From positions 310,001 through 374,000 of the forward strand of contig JASTWF010000104.1 in NCBI GenBank assembly GCA_030390025.1: a stretch of 64,000 bases of DNA, read 5' to 3'. This document shows positions 14,140 to 25,565 of this stretch, piece after piece. Below the pieces are notes generated by a model, which was not told where the DNA came from, did no database searches, and saw nothing but the letters and a program-made list of their open reading frames with translations. The stretch is from Squalus acanthias. Taxonomy: Eukaryota. The position numbers and the translations under genes are program-made. Each line of letters opens with the position of its first letter. Position 1 is the first letter of the stretch.

Positions 14140-17100
14140 AGGCAGCCCAGTTTGGGTTCCGCCAAGACCACTCAGCTGCCGACCTCATTACAGTCTTGGT
14201 CCAAACATGGACCAGGAGCTGGATTCCAGAGGAGAAGTGAGACTGACTGCCCTTGACATCAAGGCAGCATTTGACCGAGTGTGGCATCAAGGAGCCCCAG
14301 TAAAACTGAAGTCCATGGGAATCAGGGGGAAAACTCTCCACTGGCTGGAGTCATACCTAGCACAGAGGAAGATGGTTGTGGTGATTGAAGGTCAATCATC
14401 ACAGCCCCAGGACATCACTGCAGGAGTTCCTCAGGGCAGTATCCTAGGCCCAACCATCTTCAGCTGCTTCATCAATGACCTTCCCTCCAACATAAGGTCA
14501 GAAATGGGGATGTTCGCTGATAACTGCAGAGTGTTCAGTGCCATTCACAACTCCTCAGATAATGAAGCAGTCCATGCCCGCATGCAACAAGACCTGGACG
14601 ATGTTCAGGCTTGGGCTGATAAGTGGTAGGTAACATTCACGCCACAGAAGTGCCAGGCAATGACTGTCTCGAACAAGCGAGAGTCTAATCACCGCCCCTT
14701 GACATTCAATGGCATTACCATCGCCGAATCCCCCACCATCAACATCCTGGGGGTCACCATTGACCAGAAACTTAACTGGACCAGCCACATAAATACTGTG
14801 CTAACAAGAGCAGGTCAGAGGTTAGGTATTCTGTGGCGAGTGTCTCACCTCCTGACTCCCCAAAGCCTTTCTACCATCTACAAGGCACAAGCAAGGAGTG
14901 TGATGGAATACTCTCCACTTGCCTGGATGAGTGCAGCTCCAACAACACTCAAGAAGCTCGACACCATCCAGGACAAAGCAGCCCACTTGATTGGCACCCC
15001 ATCCACCACCTTAAACATTCACTCCCTCCACCACTGGTGTACCGTGGGTGCAGTGTGTACCATCTACAAGATGCACTGCAGCAACTCGCCAAGGCTTCTT
15101 CGGCAGCACCTCCCAAACCCGCGACCACTTCCACCTAGAGGACAAGGGCAGCAGGCGCATGGGAACACCACCACCTCCAAGTTCCCCTCCAAGTCACACA
15201 CCATCCTGACTTAGAATAATATCGCCGATCCTTCATTGTCACTGGTGTAAGGTTTCCAAAATTTGCAGATCCCCAAAACCTGAGGAAAAAGGACTTTGGA
15301 ACTACCTCAGAGTGATAATATTGTACTTGGGCCTAACCTAAGAGACTGTAAGACCAAAAACCAAGTTTTGGCATTTTAAAACTATGTCTGGGCCTGTAAA
15401 GGAACAAAAGGTGGGTCAACCTCTGTAAAAGCAGTTTTGGGTATTGCAGTTAATTGCACTGTCTGGGGAACCGGGATGACCTCACTCAAAGCCCCAGCAA
15501 GCATTAACATTTTGACAATAGACCCTAGGAGAAGACAGTCCCACCCAAAACAACAGGTCCCATCAAACCGATTACAGGACCCATCAGGAAACTTGCATAA
15601 TACAGAGCACCCAGGACTGGGCTATAGAAAAGTTGAGTCAAACTAGAAACCCAAAACACGAAACCAATCACCAGTAATCAGCCAAGGAGATCGACAGGAT
15701 GCAAACCATCCCAAAACCCATTTGACACTCACAGAGCAGTTACTGGTAACAGGCCCGCCAAATTCAGACAATGAACTGAGCAGATTTGGCGGGTAGATAA
15801 GGCCATGTTCAATGGGTGAGATTGAAGGCCTGTTAAAAACCCAGTTAACGTGCTAGTAAGTCGTTACCGATTTACGAGCCTGCCAAAACTAGACAATGAA
15901 CCGAGTAGATTTGGCGGGTAGATAAGGCCACTTCAATTCTGTATAACTGATGGCCCACCAAGCACACAGAGAGAGAGAGAAGAGCACAGTTTAAAGTTGT
16001 TGGGTCAAGCAGTCAGTCGCAACCACTGGTCATCAGAAGAAGAAGAGACCAAGAAGAAGACCCGAGTTGGAAGCGAGTCGGCATCACTCACCACTCAGAC
16101 TCACCTGAGTCCAGCTCGCGAAGACACCACCTCGACGGACCTCCAACAACGGCCCCAACACAGTCACCCAGAGCAACAAGCAGCAACAAGTCACCGACGG
16201 CTCCACAAGGTCGACTGACACACTAAACAAGGCCTAAAGCCATCGCGGAAACCGAACGCCTCACGAAACCAACAACCGCGCATTACCCCCAACTGACCGG
16301 GTAATAGCAGGCCACCGCGACCAACAAAGACCAACTCCAGGGAAGAAAACCCGAAGAATCGCAAAGTTTCCACACTACAAACTACTCCTGACTTACCCCT
16401 GAGTAAGATTTTCCCCAAAGACTCTAAGCCCTACTGCTCAACTAAAGAAATTGGGTACTCACCAGATAAATCCATAACGACATCCTACTGCATCAGCGGA
16501 CTCGCGAAGACTGACCAGAGACGCAGGTGAAGTCCTCTACCGCGTACGGGGTACGGCAGACACTAACCGCCATAAACAGCGAACCCCAAACTCGCGATTT
16601 AGCCCAACTGTCAAAGGATTGGTGAGCATTATCCCTGGTCCTTCAAAACCTAACTTAGCTGGTAAAGTGGGGTTGGGAGGGGTGAAGTATTGTTCTACTG
16701 TCATTTCCCTCGCTTGTACCGAAGTGTTCCCCACCTTTAGAGTGATAAGAGTGTTATTATTTGTGTCTTACCTTTTAATAAAGATTGAAGTTCTTTCATC
16801 AAACTCAGTTGTCTGCTGCACCTTTTGTATCACAACCCCCAAATAAGTCCAAGGTCTAGAACCAAGGGGGCGGGAGCGATTCAACCCGCTCAGAAGTCAG
16901 AGGTAAAGCTGACACACACCACCCCCTACACTGGGTCAAACCCTGGAACACCCTCCCTAACAGCACTGTGGGAGCACCTTCACCACATGGACTGCAGCGG
17001 TTCAAGAAGGCGGCTCACCACCACCTTCTCAAGGGCAACTAGGGATGGGCAATAAATGCTGTCCTTTCCAGCGACGCCAACATCCCATAAACAAATCAAA
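14140..17100 (+). mobile_element. 5'-truncated, degenerate non-LTR retrotransposon (CR1/L2-group RT to 3' tail), split by a solo LTR
   Basis: RT motifs QFGFR, LDIKAAFDRVWH, GVPQGSILGP..FINDL and FADN (degenerate YADD), with stops and frameshifts. The sequence resumes at 16931 after the LTR and ends with AATAAA and an A-rich tail near 17100. Confidence 0.88.
15246..16930 (+). mobile_element. Solo LTR, family A (1685 bp)
   Basis: Termini TGTAAGG...CCCTACA; 4-bp TSD CTGG on both sides; interrupts the LINE cleanly; AATAAA near 16777; ends homologous to 27005-28238. Confidence 0.88.
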
Positions 17101-17104
17101 AAAG

Positions 17105-17588
17105 CCAGTGTGATCACCCGTGTCCAACTCAGACCTGTGGATGGCCACCTTGGACAGGCCCAGGAGCAGACCCACGAGGAGGTCCTCCGACTTGCCCGCT
17201 CCCCTCCGCACTGGGTGGCCAATGACCAGGAGCCTGGGACTGAAGTGGAGCCAGAAGTTGAGGAACAGCCCCTTCAAATAATGGATGAGGGGCTGCAACC
17301 TCTCACTCTCCATGTACACATGATACACGGACTCAGGAAACAGGTTTCCAAAGCCTCTGAAACTCGCTATTTTAAAATGGTCCATGAGGAAGACCAGTGT
17401 CAGCAACAGAAACATCTCGTTTGCATATGGACCCTTTTTTAAGGGGCACAAAGAGGTGAGCTCTGTTTAACAGGAGACTTTCATTTTCCAGGAATTCTGT
17501 AGCACCAGGGTTTACCATCTGATGTGGTGGGTGTGCAGCTGAAAGATTTGTCGCATCAAGTAGGATTCCCAACTCTCCCGAGCACTGC
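17105..17588 (-). mobile_element. Degenerate L1/Tx1-clade LINE ORF2 C-terminal fragment
   Basis: Minus-strand peptide ESVYHVYMESERLQPLIHYLKGLFLNFWLHFSPRLLVIGHPVRRGAGKSEDLLVGLLLGLSKVAIHRS resembles the Tx1-type ORF2 tail (recognised from memory; boundaries approximate). Confidence 0.6.
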
Positions 17589-17834
17589 NNNNNNNNNNNN
17601 NNNNNNNNNNNNNNNNNNNNNNNNNNNNNNNNNNNNNNNNNNNNNNNNNNNNNNNNNNNNNNNNNNNNNNNNNNNNNNNNNNNNNNNNNNNNNNNNNNNN
17701 NNNNNNNNNNNNNNNNNNNNNNNNNNNNNNNNNNNNNNNNNNNNNNNNNNNNNNNNNNNNNNNNNNNNNNNNNNNNNNNNNNNNNNNNNNNNNNNNNNNN
17801 NNNNNNNNNNNNNNNNNNNNNNNNNNNNNNNNNN
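17589..17834. other. Assembly gap (246 N) between V and J
   Basis: Run of N. Confidence 1.
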
Positions 17835-18432
17835 AGAGGGAATGAAAGAGAGAGTGAGAGGGAGTGAGACAGTGAGTGAGAGAGAGAGGGAGAGAGAGAG
17901 TGAGTGAGCGAGAGAGTGAGTGAGAGAGGGATTGAGAGAGAGGGAGTGAGAGAGTGAGTGAGAGAGAGAGAGAGGGAGGGAGTGAGTGAGAGTGAGTGAG
18001 AGAGGGATTGAGAGAGAGAGAGGGAGTTAGAGAGAGAGAGGCAGTGAGAGAGAGAGGGAGGGTGAGAGCGAGTGAGAGAGTGAGAGAGTGAATGAGTGAG
18101 TGAGAGAGAGAGAGAGAGAGAGGGAGAGAGAGGTAGGGAGAGGGAGAGAGAGAGGGCGTGTAAGAGAGAGATAGACAGAATGAGAGAGGCACAGTGAGAG
18201 CGAAATATAATGAAAGAGTGAGAGAGACAGAGTGAGAAAGAGACCAAGAGACAGAGCAAGAGAGAGACATACAAACAGAGTGAGACACAGAGACACACAC
18301 ACTGAGAGAGACACAGAGAGAGAGACATAAACAAACATACAGAGACATACATACAGAGAGACAGAGACACACACACAGACACACACCGAGACGGCGAGAG
18401 ACAGAGCGAGGCTGAGAGTGACTGAGTGAGTG
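17835..18432. repeat. GA/GAGT-rich low-complexity purine tract just upstream of the J RSS
   Basis: Degenerate (GA)n/(GAGT)n/(CA)n sequence. Confidence 0.95.
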
Positions 18433-18446
18433 AACCAGGGAGCGGA

Positions 18447-18485
18447 GGATATTGTACTGCTCCTGCACTGGCAGCTGTCACTGTG
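18447..18485 (-). promoter_or_regulatory. 23-RSS of the J segment
   Basis: GGATATTGT (18447-18455; 7/9 to GGTTTTTGT) + exactly 23 nt + CACTGTG (18479-18485). Confidence 0.93.
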
Positions 18486-18520
18486 GCTTACGTTCGGTAA
18501 AGGAACCAAGCTCAGACTGA
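18486..18520 (+). CDS. IGKJ: Ig kappa-type J segment
   Basis: Reads LTFGKGTKLRL(S) with the FGxGT motif, followed by donor GTAAGT at 18521. Phase 1 matches the C exon acceptor (A+GC = Ser). Confidence 0.95.
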
Positions 18521-19084
18521 GTAAGTAAACCCCAATCCTCCGTTATTAACACTTTCAATACTGAAACTTTCTCAGACACAAATGCTGAATGTGCGAAGGT
18601 GTTAGTGGGGAGCAGCAGTGAATGAAATGGTTAATTGAAGAGTGCTGTGTGTGACAGGGTGCCCGGCTGTATTTCTTCAGTTACACTCCCCCTTCAAGCA
18701 GCAAACTATAAGTAACTAACTGTTACTGACCGTGTCGAGGAGAGCTGGAGGTTTGCAGACTGGTCACATCCCTGCACCATCCACCGAAATCACTGACTGG
18801 CCTCCTGCCAGTCTGAGTGTGAGAGACACGGGCAGAGTGTGGTGTGAGCTCTGGGCAGTCTGTGCCCCTGTCACAGTCTCTGATTATAACTGAGCTCAGC
18901 TTCAGTGCAGTGAGACACCGAGGTCCCGCCTCCCCCAGCTTTAACTCGGATCTGTCCAGTCCCCGGTTATCTCCTGTCCAAGTTCTGATCACAAACAGGT
19001 ACAGCAGGGCTCGCAATCCAGTGGCTTCAGTGTTCCAGGGCTTTGGGGAGACTCTCAGTCGCTTTTTCTGTGGGTCGAGTTCAG

Positions 19085-19290
19085 GCCGATATTTATCCCT
19101 CAACCAACATCGCTAAAAATGATCATTTATCTCATTGCTGTTTGTGGGAGCTTGCTGTGCGCAAATTGGTTGCCATGTTTCCCTACATTACAACAGTGAC
19201 TGCACTTTAAAAAAGTACTTCATTGGCTGTGAAGCGCTTTGGGATGTCCTGAGGTTGTGAAAGGCGCTATATAAATGCAAGTCTTTCTTT
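19085..19290 (+). mobile_element. Deu-domain SINE (SacSINE1/AmnSINE-like), 3' half
   Basis: TGCTGTTTGTGGGAGCTTGCTGTGCGCAAATTGG core and GGCGCTATATAAATGCAAGTCTTTCTTT tail, shared with three other copies in the window. Confidence 0.8.
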
Positions 19291-19730
19291 ACTTTCTCTT
19301 TTCCTTTTATTAACTGGGGCTCACACCACTCCCCTGTTGATTAGACCCGAGCCCAGCACAACATCCCCAGAAAACTGACTAATCTTCGTCTGATTTGTCT
19401 GCGTGTTTATTACACGGGACTGAGCAGACAGCAAGAGTTTCAGCAGCAACAAAGGGCGTTCCGTTAGTGCACCTCCCACTTTCCCCATCGACTTACGAGG
19501 TTCTTACGGGTAAACGGGCTCAGCCCCTTCCATCGACTGGTTAAATGTCAGCCCTCTAGACCACAGGCTTCCCCTCATCTGCTCCCCATCTCTCTCCTCA
19601 AGGCACTAGCTCTGGCTGGGGCACATCTCCCCTCCCCAAGTGGGGTCATTCCTCCGAGTGTGAGCGTGGCAGGCTATTCGACCGTGAGGTGTCAGCCCTG
19701 TCTCAGTGGGTCGCACGCTCGCCTCTGAGA

Positions 19731-20200
19731 AAAGAAAGACTTGCATTTATATAGCGCCTTTCACGACCACCAGACATCCCAAAGTGCTGTACAGCCAATG
19801 AAGTGCTTTTTGAAGTGTAGTCACTGTTGTAATGTAGGAAACGCAGCAGCCAATTTACACACAGCAAGCTCCCACAAACAGCAATGTGATAATGACCAGA
19901 TAATCTGTTTTTTAGTGATGTTGGTCGAGGGATAAATATTGGCCAGGACACCGGGGATAACTCCACTTCTCTTCTTCGAAATAGTGCTGGGGAATCATTT
20001 ATGTCCACCTTAGAGAGCAGACGGGGCCTCGGTTTAACATCTCATCTGAAAGATGGCACCTCCGACAGTGCAGCACTCCCTCAGCAACACACTGGAGTGT
20101 CAGCCTAGATATGTTCGTGCTCAAGTCTCTGGAGTGGGATTTGAACCCACAACCTCTGACTCAGGGGCGAGGGTGCTACCAACTGAGCCACAGCTGACAC
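19731..20200 (-). mobile_element. Full-length tRNA-headed Deu-domain SINE
   Basis: Minus strand has a Pol III A box TGGCTCAGTTGG (20179-20190), B box GGTTCAAATCC (20137-20147), the Deu core and an L2-like tail. Confidence 0.85.
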
Positions 20201-22680
20201 CATTCGGCCCATCGTGTCTGTGCCGGCTGAAAAAGAGCTATCCAGCCTAATCCCACTTTCCAGCTCTTGGTCCGTAGCCCTGTAGGTTACGGCACTTCAA
20301 GTGCATATCCAAGTGCTACTTAAATTAGATGAGGGTTTCTGCCTCTACCACCCTTTCAGGCAGTGAGTTCCAGACCCCCAGCACCCTCTGGATGAAAAAA
20401 GTTCTCCTCAACTCCCCTCTAATCCTTCTACCAATTACTTTAAATCTGTGCCCCCTGTTTATTGACCTCCTCTGCTAAGAGAAATAGGTCCTTCCTATCC
20501 ACTCTATCTGGGCCCCTGATAATTTTATACACATCAATTAAATCTCCCCTCAGCCTCCTCCGCTCAAAAAAAACCAAACACAGACTATCCAATCTTTCCT
20601 CATCGCTAAAATTGTCCAGCCCAGGCAACATCCTCGTAAATCTCCTCTGTACCCTCTCTAGCGCAATCACATCTTTCATGTAATGTGGTGACCAGAACTG
20701 CACGCAGTACTCTAGCTGTGGCCCAGCTAGTATTTTATACATTTCAAGCATAACCTCCCTGCTCTTACATTCTCTGCCGCGACTAATAAAGGAAAGTATC
20801 CCGTATGCCTTCTTAACCATCTTATCTACCTGTCCCACTACCTTCAGGGATCTGTGGACATGTGCTCCAAGGTCCCTCTGTTTCTCTACACTTCTCAGTG
20901 TCCTGCCATTTATTGTTTATTCCCTTGCTTTGTTAGCCCTCCCAAATGCATTACCTCACACTCCTCCGGATTGAATTCCATTTGCCACTTTTCTGCCCAC
21001 CTGACCAGTCCATTGATATCTTCCTGCAGTCTACTGCTTTCTTCCTCACTATCAACCACACAGGCAATTTTTGTATCATCTGCAATCATGCCCCTACGTT
21101 GAAGTCTAAATCATTGATATATACACCACAAAAGGCAAGGGACTTAGTACTGAGCCCTGCGGAACCCCACTGGAAACAGCCTGCCAGTCACATAAACACC
21201 TGTCGACCATTACCCTTTGCTTCCTGCCATTGAGCTAATTTTGGATCCAACTTGCCACTTTCCCTTGGATCCCATGGGCTTTTATTTTTCTGCCATGTGG
21301 GACCTTGTCAAAAGCCTTGCTAAAATCCATGTAAACTACATCAAACGCACTACCCTCATCGACCCTCCTTGTTACGTCCTCAAAAAATTCAATCCAGTTA
21401 GTCAGACACGACCTTCCCTTAACAAACCCATGCTGACTGTCCTTGATTAATCCATCCCTTTCTGAATGACAATTAATACTGTCCCTCAGAATTTTTTCCA
21501 ATAATTTTCCCAGCTCGCGGTAGCCAGAGAAGATTGGAAAATGATGGTTAGAGCCATCACTATTTCCTCCCTTGCCTCCCTTAACAGCCTGGGATATATT
21601 TCATCCGGGCCTGGCGATTTATCTACTTTCAAAGATGCTAAACCCCTTAATACTTCCTCTCTCACTATGTTTATCTCATCTAATATTTCACACACCTCCT
21701 CCGAAACTACAATGTCTGCATCGTCCCTCTCTTTTGTGAAGACAGACACAAAGTATTTATTAAGAACAATACCCTTGTCTTCCGCCTCCACACACAGGTT
21801 ACCTTTTTGGTCTCTAATAGGCCCTACTCTTCCTTTAGTTATCCTCTTGCTCTTTATGTATTTATAAAACATTTTTGGGCTTTCCTTGATTTTACTTGCC
21901 AATATTTTTTCATGCCCTCTCTTTGCATTCCTAATTTCCTTTTTAATTTCACCCCTGCACTTTCTATACTCCTCTAGGCTTTCTGCAGTATTTAGCTCTC
22001 GGTGTCTGACATAAGCTTCCTTTTTTTGCCTTATTCTACCCTGTATCCCCTTGACATCCAGGGTGCTCTAGATTCGGGAGTCCCATCCTTTTCCTTTCTG
22101 GGAATATATTTGCTCTGAACCCTCACTGTCTCCTCCTTGAATGCCTCCCACTGCTCTGACACTGATTTATCTTCAAGTAGCTGTTTCCAGCCCACTTTTG
22201 CTAAATCACATCTCAGCTTAGTAAAATTGGCCTTTCCCCCATCGAGAACTTTTACTCCTGGTCTATCTTTGTCCTTTTCCATAACTACGCTAAATCTAAC
22301 TGAATTATGCTCTCCCACTGTTACCCCTTGGTATCTGCCCAGCTTCATTCCCTAAAACCAAGTCCAGAACCGCCCCTCTCTTGTTGGGCATGCTACGTAC
22401 TGGCTAAAATTGTTCTCCTGAATGCATTTTAAGAATTCTGCGCCCTCTATACCTTTTACACTGATTCTTTCCCTGTTAATGTCAGGGTTGTTGAAAGCCC
22501 CTACTATTACTGCCCGATTGTTTTTGCACTTCTCAGAAATTTGCCAATATATTTGCTCTTCTATCTCCCTCTGACTATTTGGGGGTCGATAGTACACTCC
22601 CAGCAGTGTGATTGCCCTTTTTTGTTCTTCAATTCCACCCGTATGGACTCATTTGATGATCCTTCTAACATATCATCCCT
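20201..22680 (-). mobile_element. Degenerate CR1 LINE (endonuclease-RT-3' end) in the J-C intron
   Basis: Minus-strand fragments YYRPPNSQREIEEQI, DKSPGPDEIYPRLLREA, SQHGFVKGRSCLTN, DVVYMDFSKAFDKVPH, LEYCVQFWSPH..LERVQRRFTRM; frameshifted and internally deleted. Confidence 0.93.
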
Positions 22681-22960
22681 CTGTCGGAGGTGCCGTCTTT
22701 CAGATGAGACGTTAAACCGAGGCCCCGTCTGCCCTCTCAGCTGGACATGAAAGATCTCATGGTCACTATTTGAAGAAGAGCAAGGAGGGTCTTCCCAGTG
22801 TCCTGGCCAATATTTATCCCTCAACCAACATCGTTAACACAGATGATCTGGTCATTATCTCATTGCTGTCTGAGAGCTCGCTCTGTGCAATTGGCTGTAA
22901 AGCACCTTGGGACGTCCTGAGGTTGTAAAAGGGCGCTATATAAATGCAAGTCTTTCTTTG
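22681..22960 (+). mobile_element. Partial Deu-domain SINE
   Basis: Homologous to 19731-20200 and 57249-57700, with the same tail. Confidence 0.75.
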
Positions 22961-23666
22961 AAGTGGGAGGGTCCTGATCCTCGCCCATTGTCCGCACACT
23001 CTCACCTTCCAGGAGGTCACGGGTTAATAGGGAGCAGTGACCCTGCCTGACCCCGGTACACTGAGGCCACTTGTAGCCTCACCCTTGACCTCACCCTAGT
23101 GCTGGGCGACAAGGTTTTAAATGAAATCTAGAACCTTCTACACCGACACCCAACATGAAGCCTTTCTAAAGTGTGGTGATACAAGTCTGCTCCAGTGTTC
23201 TCGGGTAAAGTTCTCCCGATCTGTGTGTGATCTGAGGTTTCTTAATGCTGAGCCTGTTTCCTTCGCATCGACTGATCTACAGTTGGAGCTTCCTGCCAGG
23301 TTAACAACATCTTAAAGGGACCCTGAGTCTTTAAGTACTCGGACTATTAACCATTTCATCGCTGAATTTGTGGCAACCCTTCACTGCAGATGTTTATAGA
23401 ACACTCCAATATGATTTAACCACCTTAACATCAAACGCATTTATATTTAGATTAATCTTAAGTGAGACAAAAAAGAAGCAAATTAAGAATTAGTGATGCT
23501 CGTGTCTAATGGTTCATCACCAACCAGGAGTTCATCGACCCAGCTCTCCGTTATCAGATGTGAATTATCCACACACGGAAACACCCACAGAGACACACAC
23601 ACACACAAATATACGCACAGAATGCTCAAATATACACCGATTAACAGCCCTTCTCCTCTCTTTCAG

Positions 23667-23995
23667 GCCGAGGGAAGAGTCAACCCACGCTGACCCTGCT
23701 GCCCCCCTCCCCGGAGGAGGTCACGACCAAGGGCACTGCCACCCTGGTGTGCCTCGCCGATCACTTCTACCCCGATGCCGTGGGGGTGGAGTGGAAGAAG
23801 GACGGGGCGACCATTTCGGCCGGGGTTCAGACCAGCGACTACCTGCGAGCTTCGGACAACACCTACAGCGTCAGCAGCCTGCTGACCCTCTCTGGCTCCG
23901 ACTGGGAGTCCAACGCCAGCTTCTCCTGCGCCCTCACGCACGAGACCCTCTCCTCGCCCCTCAGCAAGAGCGTCAGCAGAGCAGAATGTGCGTAG
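23667..23995 (+). CDS. IGKC: Ig kappa-type light-chain constant exon
   Basis: Polypyrimidine tract plus TTTCAG acceptor. Reads (S)RGKSQPTLTLLPPSPEEVTTKGTATLVCLADHFYPDAVGVEWKKDG...YSVSSLLTLSGSDWESNASFSCALTHETLSSPLSKSVSRAECA*, an intact C1-set domain with the penultimate interchain Cys. Confidence 0.96.
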
Positions 23996-24156
23996 AGTGT
24001 TCGAGACAGTCCACAGAGGAGACACAACTTTAAATATAACAGGGGTGAGCCGGGAGGACAAAGGTCATTGTCAGCACTGCATTTCTACTCGCTTCCTTCT
24101 GATGACTGGGTCTGGGAAAGCTTCTGAGGGTCAGGGGTTAAGGCACACTATTGGGG

Positions 24157-24766
24157 CAGTGTAGAGGGAGCTTTACTCTGTATCTAACCCGTGCTGTACC
24201 TGCCCTGGGAGTGTTTGATGGGACAGTGTAGAGGGAGCTTTACTCTGTATCTAACCCGTGCTGTACCTGCCCTGGGAGTGTTTGATGGGACAGTGTAGAG
24301 GGAGCTTTACTCTGTATCTAACCCGTGCTGTACCTGCCCTGGGAGTGTTTGATGGGACAGTGTAGAGGGAGCTTTACTCTGTATCTAACCCGTGCTGTAC
24401 CTGCCCTGGGAGTGTTTCATGAGGCAGTGTAGAGGGAGCTTTACTCTGTATCTAACCCGTGCTGTACCTGCCCTGGGAGTGTTTGATGGGACAGTGTAGA
24501 GGGAGGCTTTACTCTGTATCTAACCCGTGCTGTACCTGCCCTGGGAGTGTTTGATGGGACAGTGTAGAGGGAGCTTTACTCTGTATCTAACCCGTGCTGT
24601 ACCTGCCCTGGGAGTGTTTGATGGGACAGTGTAGAGGGAGGTTTACTCTGTATCTAACCCGTGCTGTACCTGCCCTGGGAGTGTTTGATGGGACAGTGTA
24701 GAGGGAGCTTTACTCTGTATCTAACCCGTGCTGTACCTGCCCTGGGAGTGTTTGATGGGACAGTGT
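24157..24766. repeat. 67-bp tandem repeat (about 9 copies) in the presumptive light-chain 3' UTR
   Basis: Unit CAGTGTAGAGGGAGCTTTACTCTGTATCTAACCCGTGCTGTACCTGCCCTGGGAGTGTTTGATGGGA. Confidence 0.95.
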
Positions 24767-24962
24767 TGACTCGTGATGCCCAGTAAAATCTCTCTAAGAT
24801 ACTGAAGTCCGTCAGCTGAGTGAAATTAATGTGAAACTCCAAAGTCCCCGCTTCAGTAACCAGACCTCCCTCCTGCTCACCCTGCTGTTACAATTTAAGG
24901 TTTTGTCCACGTTTAAAGGGACAGGATTCTCATGGTGTTGAGAAAATCTCCACAACCATTTT

Positions 24963-25063
24963 AATAAACCTCCATTCTCCCTGTGAATGTCTCCAGCTTC
25001 CTCTCGCTGGGCTGTTTATTCCAGTCTTTGTTCTGTAAATGTCAATCTGTAAAAGGTAATAAA
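24963..25063 (+). terminator. Candidate polyadenylation signals of the light-chain gene
   Basis: AATAAA at 24963-24968 and 25058-25063, the first ones I could find after the stop codon. Confidence 0.55.
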
Positions 25064-25565
25064 CGTTAAGAATATTCAGTATATGTCTCGCAAGTGCTTT
25101 GGAAATGTCCCACCCCCCAGCAACTGGATTGGCTGCATTTCAGCAAGTGGCTCTCCTGATTGGCTGGTTGGGCTGTCAATCAATGGCACGTCAGCAGAAG
25201 ATTTGAATCGAAGCCAATTATCAATCACTTTGAAATGATCAGTTTTACCCTCGAATCCCTGGAGTGTACAAGATTGAAAACAAAGAAACTGAAAGCTGCT
25301 GAGATTAAATCCTCACAGTCCGAGCGTTCGCTCTCACTCTGCACACTGGAGGTGTTGGTGCAGCCCCAGCTGGTGGGATCGCCCTCTGCTATCTGTGCTG
25401 ACTGCTGGGTAATACCTGAAATGAGCTTGGGGCAATCTCGGGGCAGGAGGCCACAGTCACAATGTTGCTTTCTCTCTCCTTAACGTGTGGTTTGTGGCAA
25501 CAGCACAAAACTGCACCGACTGAGGCCTCAACTTAGAGAGGAGCGGTCAGGGTATCAACTGTGTA

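Noticed and set aside
18190-18230. Extra CACAGTG heptamer upstream of J (possible D or second segment)
   Set aside because: No nonamer at 12- or 23-bp spacing; it lies within the GA-rich low-complexity tract.
17372-18509. Ser/Leu-rich minus-strand ORFs crossing the N gap
   Set aside because: Artefacts of (CT)n low-complexity sequence plus Ns.
20130-20200. tRNA gene
   Set aside because: The A and B boxes belong to the tRNA-derived head of a SINE that continues into the Deu core and LINE-like tail.
18521-23666. Kappa intronic enhancer
   Set aside because: I found no clear kB site (GGGACTTTCC); only scattered E-boxes such as CAGATG near 23386 and 23555, which are expected by chance.
25120-25230. 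Cluster of CCAAT/ATTGG motifs downstream of the poly(A) signals (possible 3' enhancer or promoter)
   Set aside because: Short motifs only, with no linked TSS, exon or conservation evidence available.
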